Shown here piece by piece: positions 39,677 through 47,965 of a DNA stretch of 64,000 bases (position 1 is the stretch's first letter; each line of letters starts with the position of its first letter). Under the pieces are notes generated by a model. That model was not told where the DNA came from. It ran no database searches and saw only the letters and a program-made list of their open reading frames with translations. The stretch lies in contig CAMYNM010000003.1 of the NCBI GenBank assembly GCA_947259725.1, positions 42,571-106,570 of the forward strand, read 5' to 3'. This DNA is from Thermoanaerobaculia bacterium (GTDB lineage: Bacteria > Acidobacteriota > Thermoanaerobaculia > Multivoradales > JAHEKO01). Both the position numbers and the translations under genes were made by a program.

Positions 39677-39918
39677 GCGGCCGATTTCTTCTGGCGCCGA
39701 ACCAACTTGGCGACCGTCGGCGACATCCTGGCGCCCTGGCCCACCCAGTGCTCGATTCGATCGACCACGAGCTTGGCGTCCTCCGTACCCTGGGTCGGGT
39801 CGTAGTGCCCGAGCTCTTCGAGAGCGGAGCTTGTCGGCGTCTTGCGGGAATCGGAAACCACGATGCGGTAGAAGGGCCGGTTACGGTTGCCCACTCTCTT
39901 GAGTCTGATCTTAAGCAT
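39673..39918 (-). CDS. rpsP: 30S ribosomal protein S16
   Basis: MLKIRLKRVG, PFYRIVV, LGHYDP, WVGQGA. Confidence 0.96.
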   Translation of the reverse strand: MLKIRLKRVGNRNRPFYRIVVSDSRKTPTSSALEELGHYDPTQGTEDAKLVVDRIEHWVGQGARMSPTVAKLVRRQKKSAA

Positions 39919-40031
39919 TCTTTCGATTACCTTCTCTGACGATTACTGCTGCTGACCGCAGCGCGGAGACGCGTCCGAGCCAGTGCCACCGATCGACGGG
40001 GCCTCGCTCCGGGACGCGCCGAGAGCGGCAA

Positions 40032-40040
40032 AGTGTAGCA
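40032..40040 (-). promoter_or_regulatory. Extended -10 (TGcTACACT) upstream of the rpsP operon
   Basis: Minus-strand TGCTACACT in the ffh-rpsP spacer. Confidence 0.45.
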
Positions 40041-40081
40041 GAAAAGGGGCCCGGCAGGCAGCTCTTGGCTCCGAGGTGGGC

Positions 40082-41404
40082 TCAACCGCCACCCATGGCC
40101 TTGCGCAGCCAGCTTCCCTTCATCCCCTTGACCATTTTCTGCATCATCCGGTACTGCTTGACGAGCTGGTTGATTTCCTGGACGGTGGTTCCCGATCCGC
40201 GCGCGATCCGGCGCTTGCGGCTGGCGTTGAGCGCGGTCGGCTTTCGCCTCTCGGGAGAGGTCATCGAATCGATGATCGCCTCGACCCGCTTGAGCTTCTT
40301 CTCGTCGATCGCCGACGGGTCGAAACCCTTGAGCGGTCCTCCTTTGGGCAGCGCCGACATGAGCTGGGACAGGGGTCCCAGCTTGCGCATCTGGCGCAGC
40401 TGGTCTCTCAGGTCTTCGAGCGTGAACTCCCGCTTGGCCAGCCGTTCCGCCAGGCGGCGGCTCTCGGCCGAATCCAGGCCCTGCTCCGCCTTCTCGATCA
40501 GGCTCAGCACGTCGCCCATGCCCAGGATCCGAGAAGCCATTCGGTCGGGGTGGAACTCCTCCAGGTCGCCGAGCTTTTCGCCGACACCGACCAGCCGGAT
40601 CGGCTGACCGGTCACCGCGCGCACGGACAACGCGGCGCCACCTCGGGTGTCGCCATCGAGCTTGGTCAGGATGATTCCCGTGACCGGCAGAGCTCCAGAG
40701 AATGCCTGGGCGCTGCGGACCGCATCCTGTCCGGTCATCGCATCGGCCACGAAAAGCGTCTCCGTCGGCGAAACCCGAGTGACCAGTTTTCCCAACTCGG
40801 TCATCAACTCTTCGTCGATATGCAGCCGGCCCGCGGTATCGACGATCGCGACGTCGCGTCCGAGCTCGCGGGCCTGGGTGATCGCGCCCGCCACGAAGGC
40901 GACCACGTCCCGACTCTCGTTTTCCGGCGCCAGCACCGGAGTGTCCACCGACTTTCCCACCTGTCGCAGCTGCTCGACCGCTGCGGCCCGCTGCAGGTCC
41001 GCCGCGATCAAGATCGGGTTTCGCCCTTGCGCCTTGAGATGGCCGGCCAGCTTGCCGGCGGTGGTCGTCTTGCCCGAGCCCTGAAGCCCGCAAAGCAGGA
41101 TGACGCCCGGGCTTCCCTTGGTGCGCAGCGGCTCGCCTTTGTCGCCCAGCAGTGCTGCCAGCTCGGCGTGGACGATCTTGACGACCTGCTGTGCCGGGGT
41201 GAGGCTCTCGATTACCTTTTGGCCTTCCGCCTGCTCGCGGATCTTCTCGACGAAGGTCTTGACGACCTTGTAATTGACGTCCGCCTCGAGCAGTGCCATC
41301 CGGATCTCGCGCAGCGCGCCGTCGAGCACCTCGCGCGAAACCCGGCCCTCGCCCTTGAGCTTCCGAAAAACACCCTGCAACCGGTCTTGGAGTCCGTCGA
41401 ACAT
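40082..41404 (-). CDS. ffh: Signal recognition particle protein
   Basis: GLQGSGKTT, DTAGRL, TKLDGD, RILGMGD, SRKRRIARGSG M-domain. Confidence 0.97.
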   Translation of the reverse strand: MFDGLQDRLQGVFRKLKGEGRVSREVLDGALREIRMALLEADVNYKVVKTFVEKIREQAEGQKVIESLTPAQQVVKIVHAELAALLGDKGEPLRTKGSPGVILLCGLQGSGKTTTAGKLAGHLKAQGRNPILIAADLQRAAAVEQLRQVGKSVDTPVLAPENESRDVVAFVAGAITQARELGRDVAIVDTAGRLHIDEELMTELGKLVTRVSPTETLFVADAMTGQDAVRSAQAFSGALPVTGIILTKLDGDTRGGAALSVRAVTGQPIRLVGVGEKLGDLEEFHPDRMASRILGMGDVLSLIEKAEQGLDSAESRRLAERLAKREFTLEDLRDQLRQMRKLGPLSQLMSALPKGGPLKGFDPSAIDEKKLKRVEAIIDSMTSPERRKPTALNASRKRRIARGSGTTVQEINQLVKQYRMMQKMVKGMKGSWLRKAMGGG

Positions 41405-41474
41405 CGGTTGGAGATCGTACCTCGCTCTCGCGCTTCCGGCAAAGCGGCGCGCGGCCAGGTCGGACCGCGGCCCT

Positions 41475-41480
41475 TATACT
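41475..41480 (+). promoter_or_regulatory. -10 box TATACT, 7 nt upstream of pyk ATG (putative leaderless promoter)
   Basis: tatact-cgccgcc-ATG, with no SD. Confidence 0.55.
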
Positions 41481-41487
41481 CGCCGCC

Positions 41488-42927
41488 ATGGATCTTCATG
41501 CCAAGATCGTCGCCACGATCGGACCCGCGACGGCCGATCCGCGATCCTTGAAGCGCCTCTTGAAGGCGGGCGCCGACGCGATTCGCATCAATCTGTCGCA
41601 CGGCAGCGGCCGGGAGCATCGCGACGCCGTGGCGCGGGTGCGAGCCCTCAGCGCCGAGCTTCGCCTGCACGTGCCGGTGATTCTCGATCTCATGGGACCC
41701 CGCTACCGGCTCGGCCGGCTCGAAGCTCCGCGCACCCTGCGCCGCGGTCAGAGGGTGGTCATAGGAGCACCGGACACCGAGGTCGATCTTCCGGTGGACG
41801 ATGTCGATCTGCTCGAGTACCTCAAGCCTGGGGACCGATTCCTGATCGGCGACGGCCTGGTCGAACTGAAGGTGACCAAGGAGGCAGACCTCCGGTTTGT
41901 CGCCAAGGTCGTCAACGGCGGCAAGGTCTCGAGCCGCAAGGGCATCAACCTGCCCGACAGCGATATGCCGTTCGCCATCAGCAAAAAAGATCGCTCCGAT
42001 ATCAAGCTCGCGGTCGAGCTCGACGTCGACTACATCGCCGCCAGCTACGTCGGCACCGCCGAAGACCTCCGCGCGCTTCGACGACTGATCCGGAGAGCCG
42101 GTGGCGAAACGCCCCTCATCGCCAAGCTCGAGCGGGCGCGCGCGATCGAGCACCTCGACGAGATCGTCGCGAGCGCCGACGCGGTGATGGTCGCCCGGGG
42201 AGACCTCGGGGTGGAAGTTCCGCTCCACCGCGTGCCGGTACTGCAAAAGCAGATCATCGAGTCCGGCCGGGTCCACGCCAAACCGGTGATCGTGGCCACC
42301 CAGATGCTCGAATCGATGATGCAAAACCCGCGACCCACCCGGGCCGAGTCCTCGGACGTGGCCAACGCAGTCTTCGACGGCGCCGACGCCCTGATGCTCT
42401 CCGGCGAGACCGCTGCCGGCCGGTATCCGATCGAGGCCGTCAAGACGATGTCGCGGATCATCCGGGAAGCGGAGGCGCATCGCTCCAGCACCCGCACCCG
42501 GGAGCGCGCGGTCGAACCGATCGCTCCCGCGAATCTGCCGCGCGACTCCTCCGCGCTGGCCGACGTGGTTTCCGCAGCCGCGGTGTTCTCCACGAAAAAC
42601 CTCAAGGTGCGGCAGATCGTGGCCTTCAGCCAGGGTGGCTTCACCGCTCGAGCGATTGCCCGCTACCGCCCCGAAACCCCGATCTGCGTCCTGACCACAG
42701 AACCCAGGGTCGCCCGCAGAGTCCAGCTCGTCTGGGGCGTTCGGCCCCTGCTTCTCGAAGCCGCGGTGGAGCATCATGACGAAGTGGTGGATCGGGTCGA
42801 TCGCGAGCTCCTCGCGGCAAAACTGGTCCGAAAGGGCGACACCATCGTCGTCCTCATGGGCGTTCCGATTCGCGACCGTCCGCTGACCAACCTGATGCGC
42901 CTCCACCGGGTGCGAGGCGACACGTGA
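41488..42927 (+). CDS. pyk: Pyruvate kinase
   Basis: KIVATIGP, RINLSHG, IAKLE, MVARGDLGVE, ATQMLESM, MLSGETA. Confidence 0.96.
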   Translation: MDLHAKIVATIGPATADPRSLKRLLKAGADAIRINLSHGSGREHRDAVARVRALSAELRLHVPVILDLMGPRYRLGRLEAPRTLRRGQRVVIGAPDTEVDLPVDDVDLLEYLKPGDRFLIGDGLVELKVTKEADLRFVAKVVNGGKVSSRKGINLPDSDMPFAISKKDRSDIKLAVELDVDYIAASYVGTAEDLRALRRLIRRAGGETPLIAKLERARAIEHLDEIVASADAVMVARGDLGVEVPLHRVPVLQKQIIESGRVHAKPVIVATQMLESMMQNPRPTRAESSDVANAVFDGADALMLSGETAAGRYPIEAVKTMSRIIREAEAHRSSTRTRERAVEPIAPANLPRDSSALADVVSAAAVFSTKNLKVRQIVAFSQGGFTARAIARYRPETPICVLTTEPRVARRVQLVWGVRPLLLEAAVEHHDEVVDRVDRELLAAKLVRKGDTIVVLMGVPIRDRPLTNLMRLHRVRGDT

Positions 42928-43832
42928 CGGCGTCTCCCGAGCTGCCACGGTTCCTCGAGAACCACCTCCCGTTCGATCGGACTTCGGTCGCTCTCGAACG
43001 GGCGCCCAATAGTGGGCTCGACCTCAGCTTGATCGATCATGGGCCGCGCTCCAAAACCGCCGTCTGGCTACAGCACGGCAATCCGACCTGGAGCTTTTTG
43101 TGGCGCAAGGTCATCGCCGAGCTACCCGACTCGAGGGTCATCGCCCCCGACCTGCTCGGCTTCGGGCTCTCCGACAAGCCACCCAGAACCGCGAACCATA
43201 CGCTCGAGCGGCACAGAAACGCCCTGGCGGAGCTGTTCGACCGGCTCGGGCTCGAGCGAGTCATCCTCGTGGGCCAGGACTGGGGTGGACCGCTGGTCGC
43301 TCTGCTCGGCGACCACGCTCCCGACCGCATCGCGGGCCTGGTTCTCGCCAACACTTCGGTGCTCGTGCCGCAAGAACCTCGAGGGAAGGCATTTCACCGC
43401 TTTGCCGCCCGACCGGTCGTCAGCACTCTGGCTTTCCGGCTGGGCGGATTTCCGCTCCGAAGCCTTCATCGCACCCAGGGCGACCCCCGGTCGATCTCGG
43501 GAGACGTCGCCCGCGCCTACCGCTGGCCCTTGCGCGGCTGGCGCCGACGCGCGGCCCCGCTAGGCCTCGCCCGGATGGTCCCGAACGCCCCCGACCACCC
43601 CAGCGTCGGACTCCTGCGCCGAGGCGAAGCCTGGGTTCGGTCCTTCGAGGGTCCGATCGAGCTCGTCTGGGGCCTTCGCGACCCGATTCTCGGCAATCTT
43701 CTGGACCGACACGAAAAACACCTCCCCAACGCCCGCGTCACGCGAACCCAGGCCGGGCATTTCCTGCAGGAAGAGGTTCCGGAGGCGCTCGTCGCGGCGA
43801 TTCGAAGAATCTCGCGGACGCTCTCTTGGTGA
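42924..43832 (+). CDS. Haloalkane dehalogenase/OleB-like alpha/beta hydrolase
   Basis: HGNPTWSFLWR, PDLLGFGLS, GQDWGG, WG..D, AGHFLQEE. GTGA overlap with pyk. Confidence 0.85.
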   Translation: MTASPELPRFLENHLPFDRTSVALERAPNSGLDLSLIDHGPRSKTAVWLQHGNPTWSFLWRKVIAELPDSRVIAPDLLGFGLSDKPPRTANHTLERHRNALAELFDRLGLERVILVGQDWGGPLVALLGDHAPDRIAGLVLANTSVLVPQEPRGKAFHRFAARPVVSTLAFRLGGFPLRSLHRTQGDPRSISGDVARAYRWPLRGWRRRAAPLGLARMVPNAPDHPSVGLLRRGEAWVRSFEGPIELVWGLRDPILGNLLDRHEKHLPNARVTRTQAGHFLQEEVPEALVAAIRRISRTLSW

Positions 43833-44189
43833 TGTCCCCAGTTTCCGCATCCGAGCCTCCTCGACCCGCCCGCTGAAGGAGCGGCGGTCGGTCCCGGAGC
43901 GAGCCTCTCTTCGCTCGCGCAGGGACCGTCCGACGCGACACTATCGGCGCGGGTCACCCCAGAGTCCCGCGGCAGAACCAATCCTGTGGGGACACCTCGA
44001 GAAAGATGTCCCCGACGCCCACCTCCGATCGCATCCTCGACCCGCCCGCCGAAGGAGCGCCGGTCGGTCCCGGAGCGAGCCTCTCTTCGCTCGCGCAGGG
44101 ACCGTCCGGCGCGACACTATCGGCGCGGGTCACCCCAGAGTCCCGCGGCAAAACCAGTCGCGAGGGGACACCTGGAACAAGGTGTCCCC
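43831..44189. repeat. Composite tandem repeat: two 122-nt structured units (176-nt period) bounded by GGGGACA/TGTCCCC palindromes
   Basis: 43859-43980 and 44035-44156 differ at 4 positions. 26-nt hairpins at 43988-44013 and 44164-44189; half-site TGTCCCC at 43833-43839. Confidence 0.9.
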
Positions 44190-44194
44190 GGCTT

Positions 44195-46744
44195 CTATTC
44201 CGAGGCTTCTTCCCGCCAGGTCAAGAACGCCGGCAGAAGCGTGATCGCCACGACCGACGTCGCGACCGCGCCGAGGATCGCCACCAGCCCCATCGATTTC
44301 AAACCCGGAAAGTGGGACAGCGACAGCGAGCCGAAACCCACGACCGTCGACAGCGCCGCCAGCGTGATCGCCTTGCCGGTCTCGACCAGGCCCTGACGGT
44401 GACGCTCGGCGCTCTTGCCGGCGAACTCCCGGTGCCGATGCACCATGTGAACACCGTAGTCGACGCCGATGCCGATGATCATCGTGCTCACGAAGACATT
44501 CATGAAGTTCATCGGCAGCCCGAGCCATCCCATCGCGCCCAGCATCCACACGATGCCGATAAGCAGGGGTCCCAGGGAAAGAGCGGTCGCTCGAACCCGG
44601 CGGTAGTCCAGGAACAGCAGAATTGCCACGATGGCGAAGCCGAGCACCGCGGCAAAGACCGCGTCCTTCAAGACCCGTTCCCGCATGTAGCGACTGATGA
44701 CGTTGGCGCCGGTCAGGATGGCCCCTTCGCCCAGGTCGTCGGCCAGGGCCAGAGCCTCCGGCGGCGCTTCCCTGCGCCAACTCCTGGGAGGTGGGTGCAG
44801 GTAGGCCACGCTCTTCCAGCCGCCGGCGGTCCTTCGAAGATAGCGGCGCAGAAGCTTTCGACCCTGAGGATCCTCTTCGAGCTCGACGACCGAGAGTGGC
44901 TCGTCGCGAGCTATCGCGCTGCCGATGAGCGCCAGCCCCTTCTCGAAGGCGTCGGGTCTCATCCCCTGGCGAATCAGGGCCTCCCTGAAGACTCGATCGA
45001 TTCGAGAACGGTCGAGACGATCTTCGCGCGCCGCCGCGAGCCAGGCCAAGGCCTCTTTCTGCACGACCGGCGGCGGCAGGAGCGAAGCTATCGAATCGAC
45101 GTCCTGAAGGACCCCCTCGGTGATCAGCTTGCGGGCTGCTCTCTCGCCTCGGCTCACCCGATCCAGCACATCCTCGATCTCGGCGCCGGAGACGATCAGC
45201 ATCATCTGATCGAAGCCCACTCCGAAGCGCTCGGCCACTTCGTCGCGCACGGCAACTCCGGGATTGCCCTGCGGGCGCATCGAGCGAACGCTGTCTTCGA
45301 ACTCGAGCTCGCGCAAGCCCCAGGCCGCGACCGCGGTCAGCAGGAGGCCGGAGATCAGCACCGCTCTCGGGAACCGAATCGCGAAGCCGATCAGGCGGCC
45401 GCTTCCCAGCCCATGCAGATAAAACCGCGGCAGCGAACGCTTTCGCTGGTGACGATCTTCGGCCCAAGCCAGCATCGAAGGAAGCAGAAACAACACGGAG
45501 AGCATGCACACGATCATGCCGGTTCCGGTCAGAACCCCCATCTGAAACAGACCCGTGAAGTCGGTCACCGCGAAGGCGTAGAAGGTCGCGGCGCTGGTGA
45601 TGCCGCCGACGACGACAGCGCGCCCCGAGGATCCGCTCATCAGCGCCAGCGCTTCATCCAGGTCGTGACCTCTCTGGCGCTCCTCGACGAATCTGCCGTA
45701 GGAGACGATCACGAAGTCGATGCCTAACCCGATCAAAAGCGCCGCCACGCCGCTGGTCGCCGCGCTGACCGTCCCGAACGCCAGGGCCGCGAAACCGAAG
45801 GTCAGCACCAGCCCGCATGCCAGCGGCAAGAAGGCGTAGGCGAGGAGGCCGAAACGCCGAAAAGCGAACAGAAAAAGGACCAAGACGCCGGCCATGGAGG
45901 TGACGACGTTGACGATCATGTCCGACTGGATCAAACCAGCGTCTGCGACTCCGATGACGTGTCGGCCTCCCAGGTCTACCTGTGGATCAGGCGGCGGCTC
46001 GTCGCCGAATCCGGCGCGCCACTCCAAAAGCGCGGTCGAGACCTCGCTTTCGACGGACACCACCAGCCTTCGCGAAAAGTCGACGTCCTGCGGCGGCCCC
46101 GTCGGCTTGGCCAGGATGAGCATCATCCTTCGATCGCGAGACAGAAAGAAGCCGCTCTGCCAGTCGAGCGAGACTCCGGCGCGGGAGCTCTGCAAATGCT
46201 CGATGAGAACGGGGGCCACGCCCAAAGGATCGAGCAAGGTCAAGTCTTTTTGCGCCAGCATCTTCGGCGTCGTGATCAGACGTCGGATCTCGGCCGCTCG
46301 ACGCTCGAGGGATTCATCGGAAAACGACCCGGCAAGATCCTCCAAGGCGTCCGGGGACAGGAAGAGAAAAGACCGGGGCAAGAAGGCCTCGAGCAGCTCT
46401 TCGAGGCTGCCGATCTTGTACTCGACTTCGGTGAGTTGATCCAGCGCCTCGAGTCGTTCACCGAGCATGCGCACGAAAGTCTCATAGGGATCGATCACGA
46501 CTCCTTCGGGCAAACGCACCGCCACCAGCAGATAGTCGACGCTGCCAAAATCCTCGAGGCCCTCGCGGAAGTTCTTCACGACCGGCTCATTTTTGGGCAG
46601 CAGGCCCAGCACGTCGGTATCAAAGCGCAACCGAGACGCCGCCAGCAGGCTCGCCACGCACAGAACAGCCGTGACCGCAAAGATTAGTCTGTAGCGGCGA
46701 CGAGCGAAGCGCGCCAGGCTCCGAAGGGAAGGATGCAGCATCAA
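44195..46744 (-). CDS. MMPL/RND-family lipid exporter
   Basis: Two membrane repeats with GLGIDF and GIGVDY and large extracytoplasmic loops. TGATG/ATGA-type overlap with the pgsA stop. Confidence 0.88.
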   Translation of the reverse strand: MMLHPSLRSLARFARRRYRLIFAVTAVLCVASLLAASRLRFDTDVLGLLPKNEPVVKNFREGLEDFGSVDYLLVAVRLPEGVVIDPYETFVRMLGERLEALDQLTEVEYKIGSLEELLEAFLPRSFLFLSPDALEDLAGSFSDESLERRAAEIRRLITTPKMLAQKDLTLLDPLGVAPVLIEHLQSSRAGVSLDWQSGFFLSRDRRMMLILAKPTGPPQDVDFSRRLVVSVESEVSTALLEWRAGFGDEPPPDPQVDLGGRHVIGVADAGLIQSDMIVNVVTSMAGVLVLFLFAFRRFGLLAYAFLPLACGLVLTFGFAALAFGTVSAATSGVAALLIGLGIDFVIVSYGRFVEERQRGHDLDEALALMSGSSGRAVVVGGITSAATFYAFAVTDFTGLFQMGVLTGTGMIVCMLSVLFLLPSMLAWAEDRHQRKRSLPRFYLHGLGSGRLIGFAIRFPRAVLISGLLLTAVAAWGLRELEFEDSVRSMRPQGNPGVAVRDEVAERFGVGFDQMMLIVSGAEIEDVLDRVSRGERAARKLITEGVLQDVDSIASLLPPPVVQKEALAWLAAAREDRLDRSRIDRVFREALIRQGMRPDAFEKGLALIGSAIARDEPLSVVELEEDPQGRKLLRRYLRRTAGGWKSVAYLHPPPRSWRREAPPEALALADDLGEGAILTGANVISRYMRERVLKDAVFAAVLGFAIVAILLFLDYRRVRATALSLGPLLIGIVWMLGAMGWLGLPMNFMNVFVSTMIIGIGVDYGVHMVHRHREFAGKSAERHRQGLVETGKAITLAALSTVVGFGSLSLSHFPGLKSMGLVAILGAVATSVVAITLLPAFLTWREEASE

Positions 46745-47295
46745 CTCTTGGCGCGATCCGACCCGAAGAGCCGTGGTCCGAGCCTGAAGAAATACTCGAA
46801 CCCCGAGTACAGGCTGGTCAGCATAGCTACCCAGAGCGAAAGCGGAGCCAGGTGCTCGAAGCTGCCGAGGCGCTCGTAGATGATCAGCAGCGAGATGGCG
46901 ACCATTTGAGTGACGGTCTTGATCTTCGCCGAAGCGATCGCGGCCATCACGACGTTGTCACTGGCCGCCACGCTGCGCAGAGCCGAGACGGCAAACTCCC
47001 GGGCGATGATCGCTACCACCATCCAGGCGGGAGCCAGGTCGATCTCGACCAGGGCGATGAGCGCGGCCGAGTTGAGGATCTTGTCAGCAGCCGGATCCAG
47101 GAGCTTGCCGAGCTTGGTGACCATCTTCCGGCGCCGCGCGATGAATCCGTCCAGAAAATCGGTCAGCGAAGCCAGGAGAAAAACCCCCAGTCCGACGAAC
47201 TCTTTGCCCTCGAACTTGGTCAGCAAAACCGCCACGAGAAGCGGCACCAAGAGGATTCGAACCAGGGAGAGAACATTGGGTAGGTTGACGATCAT
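46741..47295 (-). CDS. pgsA: CDP-diacylglycerol--glycerol-3-phosphate phosphatidyltransferase
   Basis: NLPNVLS, TDFLDGFIARR, GKLLDPAADK, ARE, KIKT. Confidence 0.9.
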   Translation of the reverse strand: MIVNLPNVLSLVRILLVPLLVAVLLTKFEGKEFVGLGVFLLASLTDFLDGFIARRRKMVTKLGKLLDPAADKILNSAALIALVEIDLAPAWMVVAIIAREFAVSALRSVAASDNVVMAAIASAKIKTVTQMVAISLLIIYERLGSFEHLAPLSLWVAMLTSLYSGFEYFFRLGPRLFGSDRAKS

Positions 47296-47305
47296 CGGCT
47301 ACCCG

Positions 47306-47965
47306 TCACCCGCCCGGAGGACTCGTGGTCATGAGCAGGCGACCTCTCGCATCGCGACGAAGATAGGTCTTGCGACCGCGCCGCGCGTACGCCGAGCCGA
47401 CAAGGGAATACTTGTCGTCTCCGCGGTACAGGCGCATGACCTTCTCGACGTAGTCACGGGTCTCGGGATACGGCGGCACGCCGCCGAAGCGCGTCACCGC
47501 CGTCGGCCCGGCGTTGTAGGCCGCGAGGGCGAGTTCGAGGGTGCCGAACGAGTTGAGCATCTTGCGCAGGTACCGGGTACCCGCGCCAACGTTCTGATCC
47601 GGATCGTACGGATCGGACACCGAATACATGGTCGCGGTGACCGGCATGACCTGCATCAGGCCCATAGCGCCCTTGTGTGAGCGGGCGCGCGGGTTGAAGG
47701 AAGATTCCACCTGGATCACGGCTCGGACGAGATCGGGCTCGAGTTCCGCGCTCTTGGCATGACGGGTGACGATCGCGTTAAGCGCCTCGGGAGCGACGTC
47801 GGCAGCCCACTCGGTCGACTTTGTGGTTCTCGCCGTCGGCCGGCGGCTGGGAATGTTGTACACGTAGGTCGAGCCGTCAGGGCGCTCGACGACCCGTACT
47901 TCCGCTATCGCGGCGCTCCCGAGGCTCACCACCGCCAGGCACGGGCCCACGAGCCTCGCGATCAA
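47306..47965 (-). CDS. Lytic transglycosylase (SLT domain)
   Basis: VESSFNP, GAMGLMQVMP, AAYNAG, ETRDYV; signal peptide. Confidence 0.9.
   Translation of the reverse strand: MIARLVGPCLAVVSLGSAAIAEVRVVERPDGSTYVYNIPSRRPTARTTKSTEWAADVAPEALNAIVTRHAKSAELEPDLVRAVIQVESSFNPRARSHKGAMGLMQVMPVTATMYSVSDPYDPDQNVGAGTRYLRKMLNSFGTLELALAAYNAGPTAVTRFGGVPPYPETRDYVEKVMRLYRGDDKYSLVGSAYARRGRKTYLRRDARGRLLMTTSPPGG

Noticed and set aside
39919-40081. SRP RNA (ffs) next to ffh
   Set aside because: No SRP helix-8 motif (CAGG…GNRA…AGCAG) was found. The spacer looks like the rpsP promoter and leader.
43831-44189. Possible CRISPR array
   Set aside because: Only two long units, the long segments are near-identical rather than unique spacers, and there are no cas genes.
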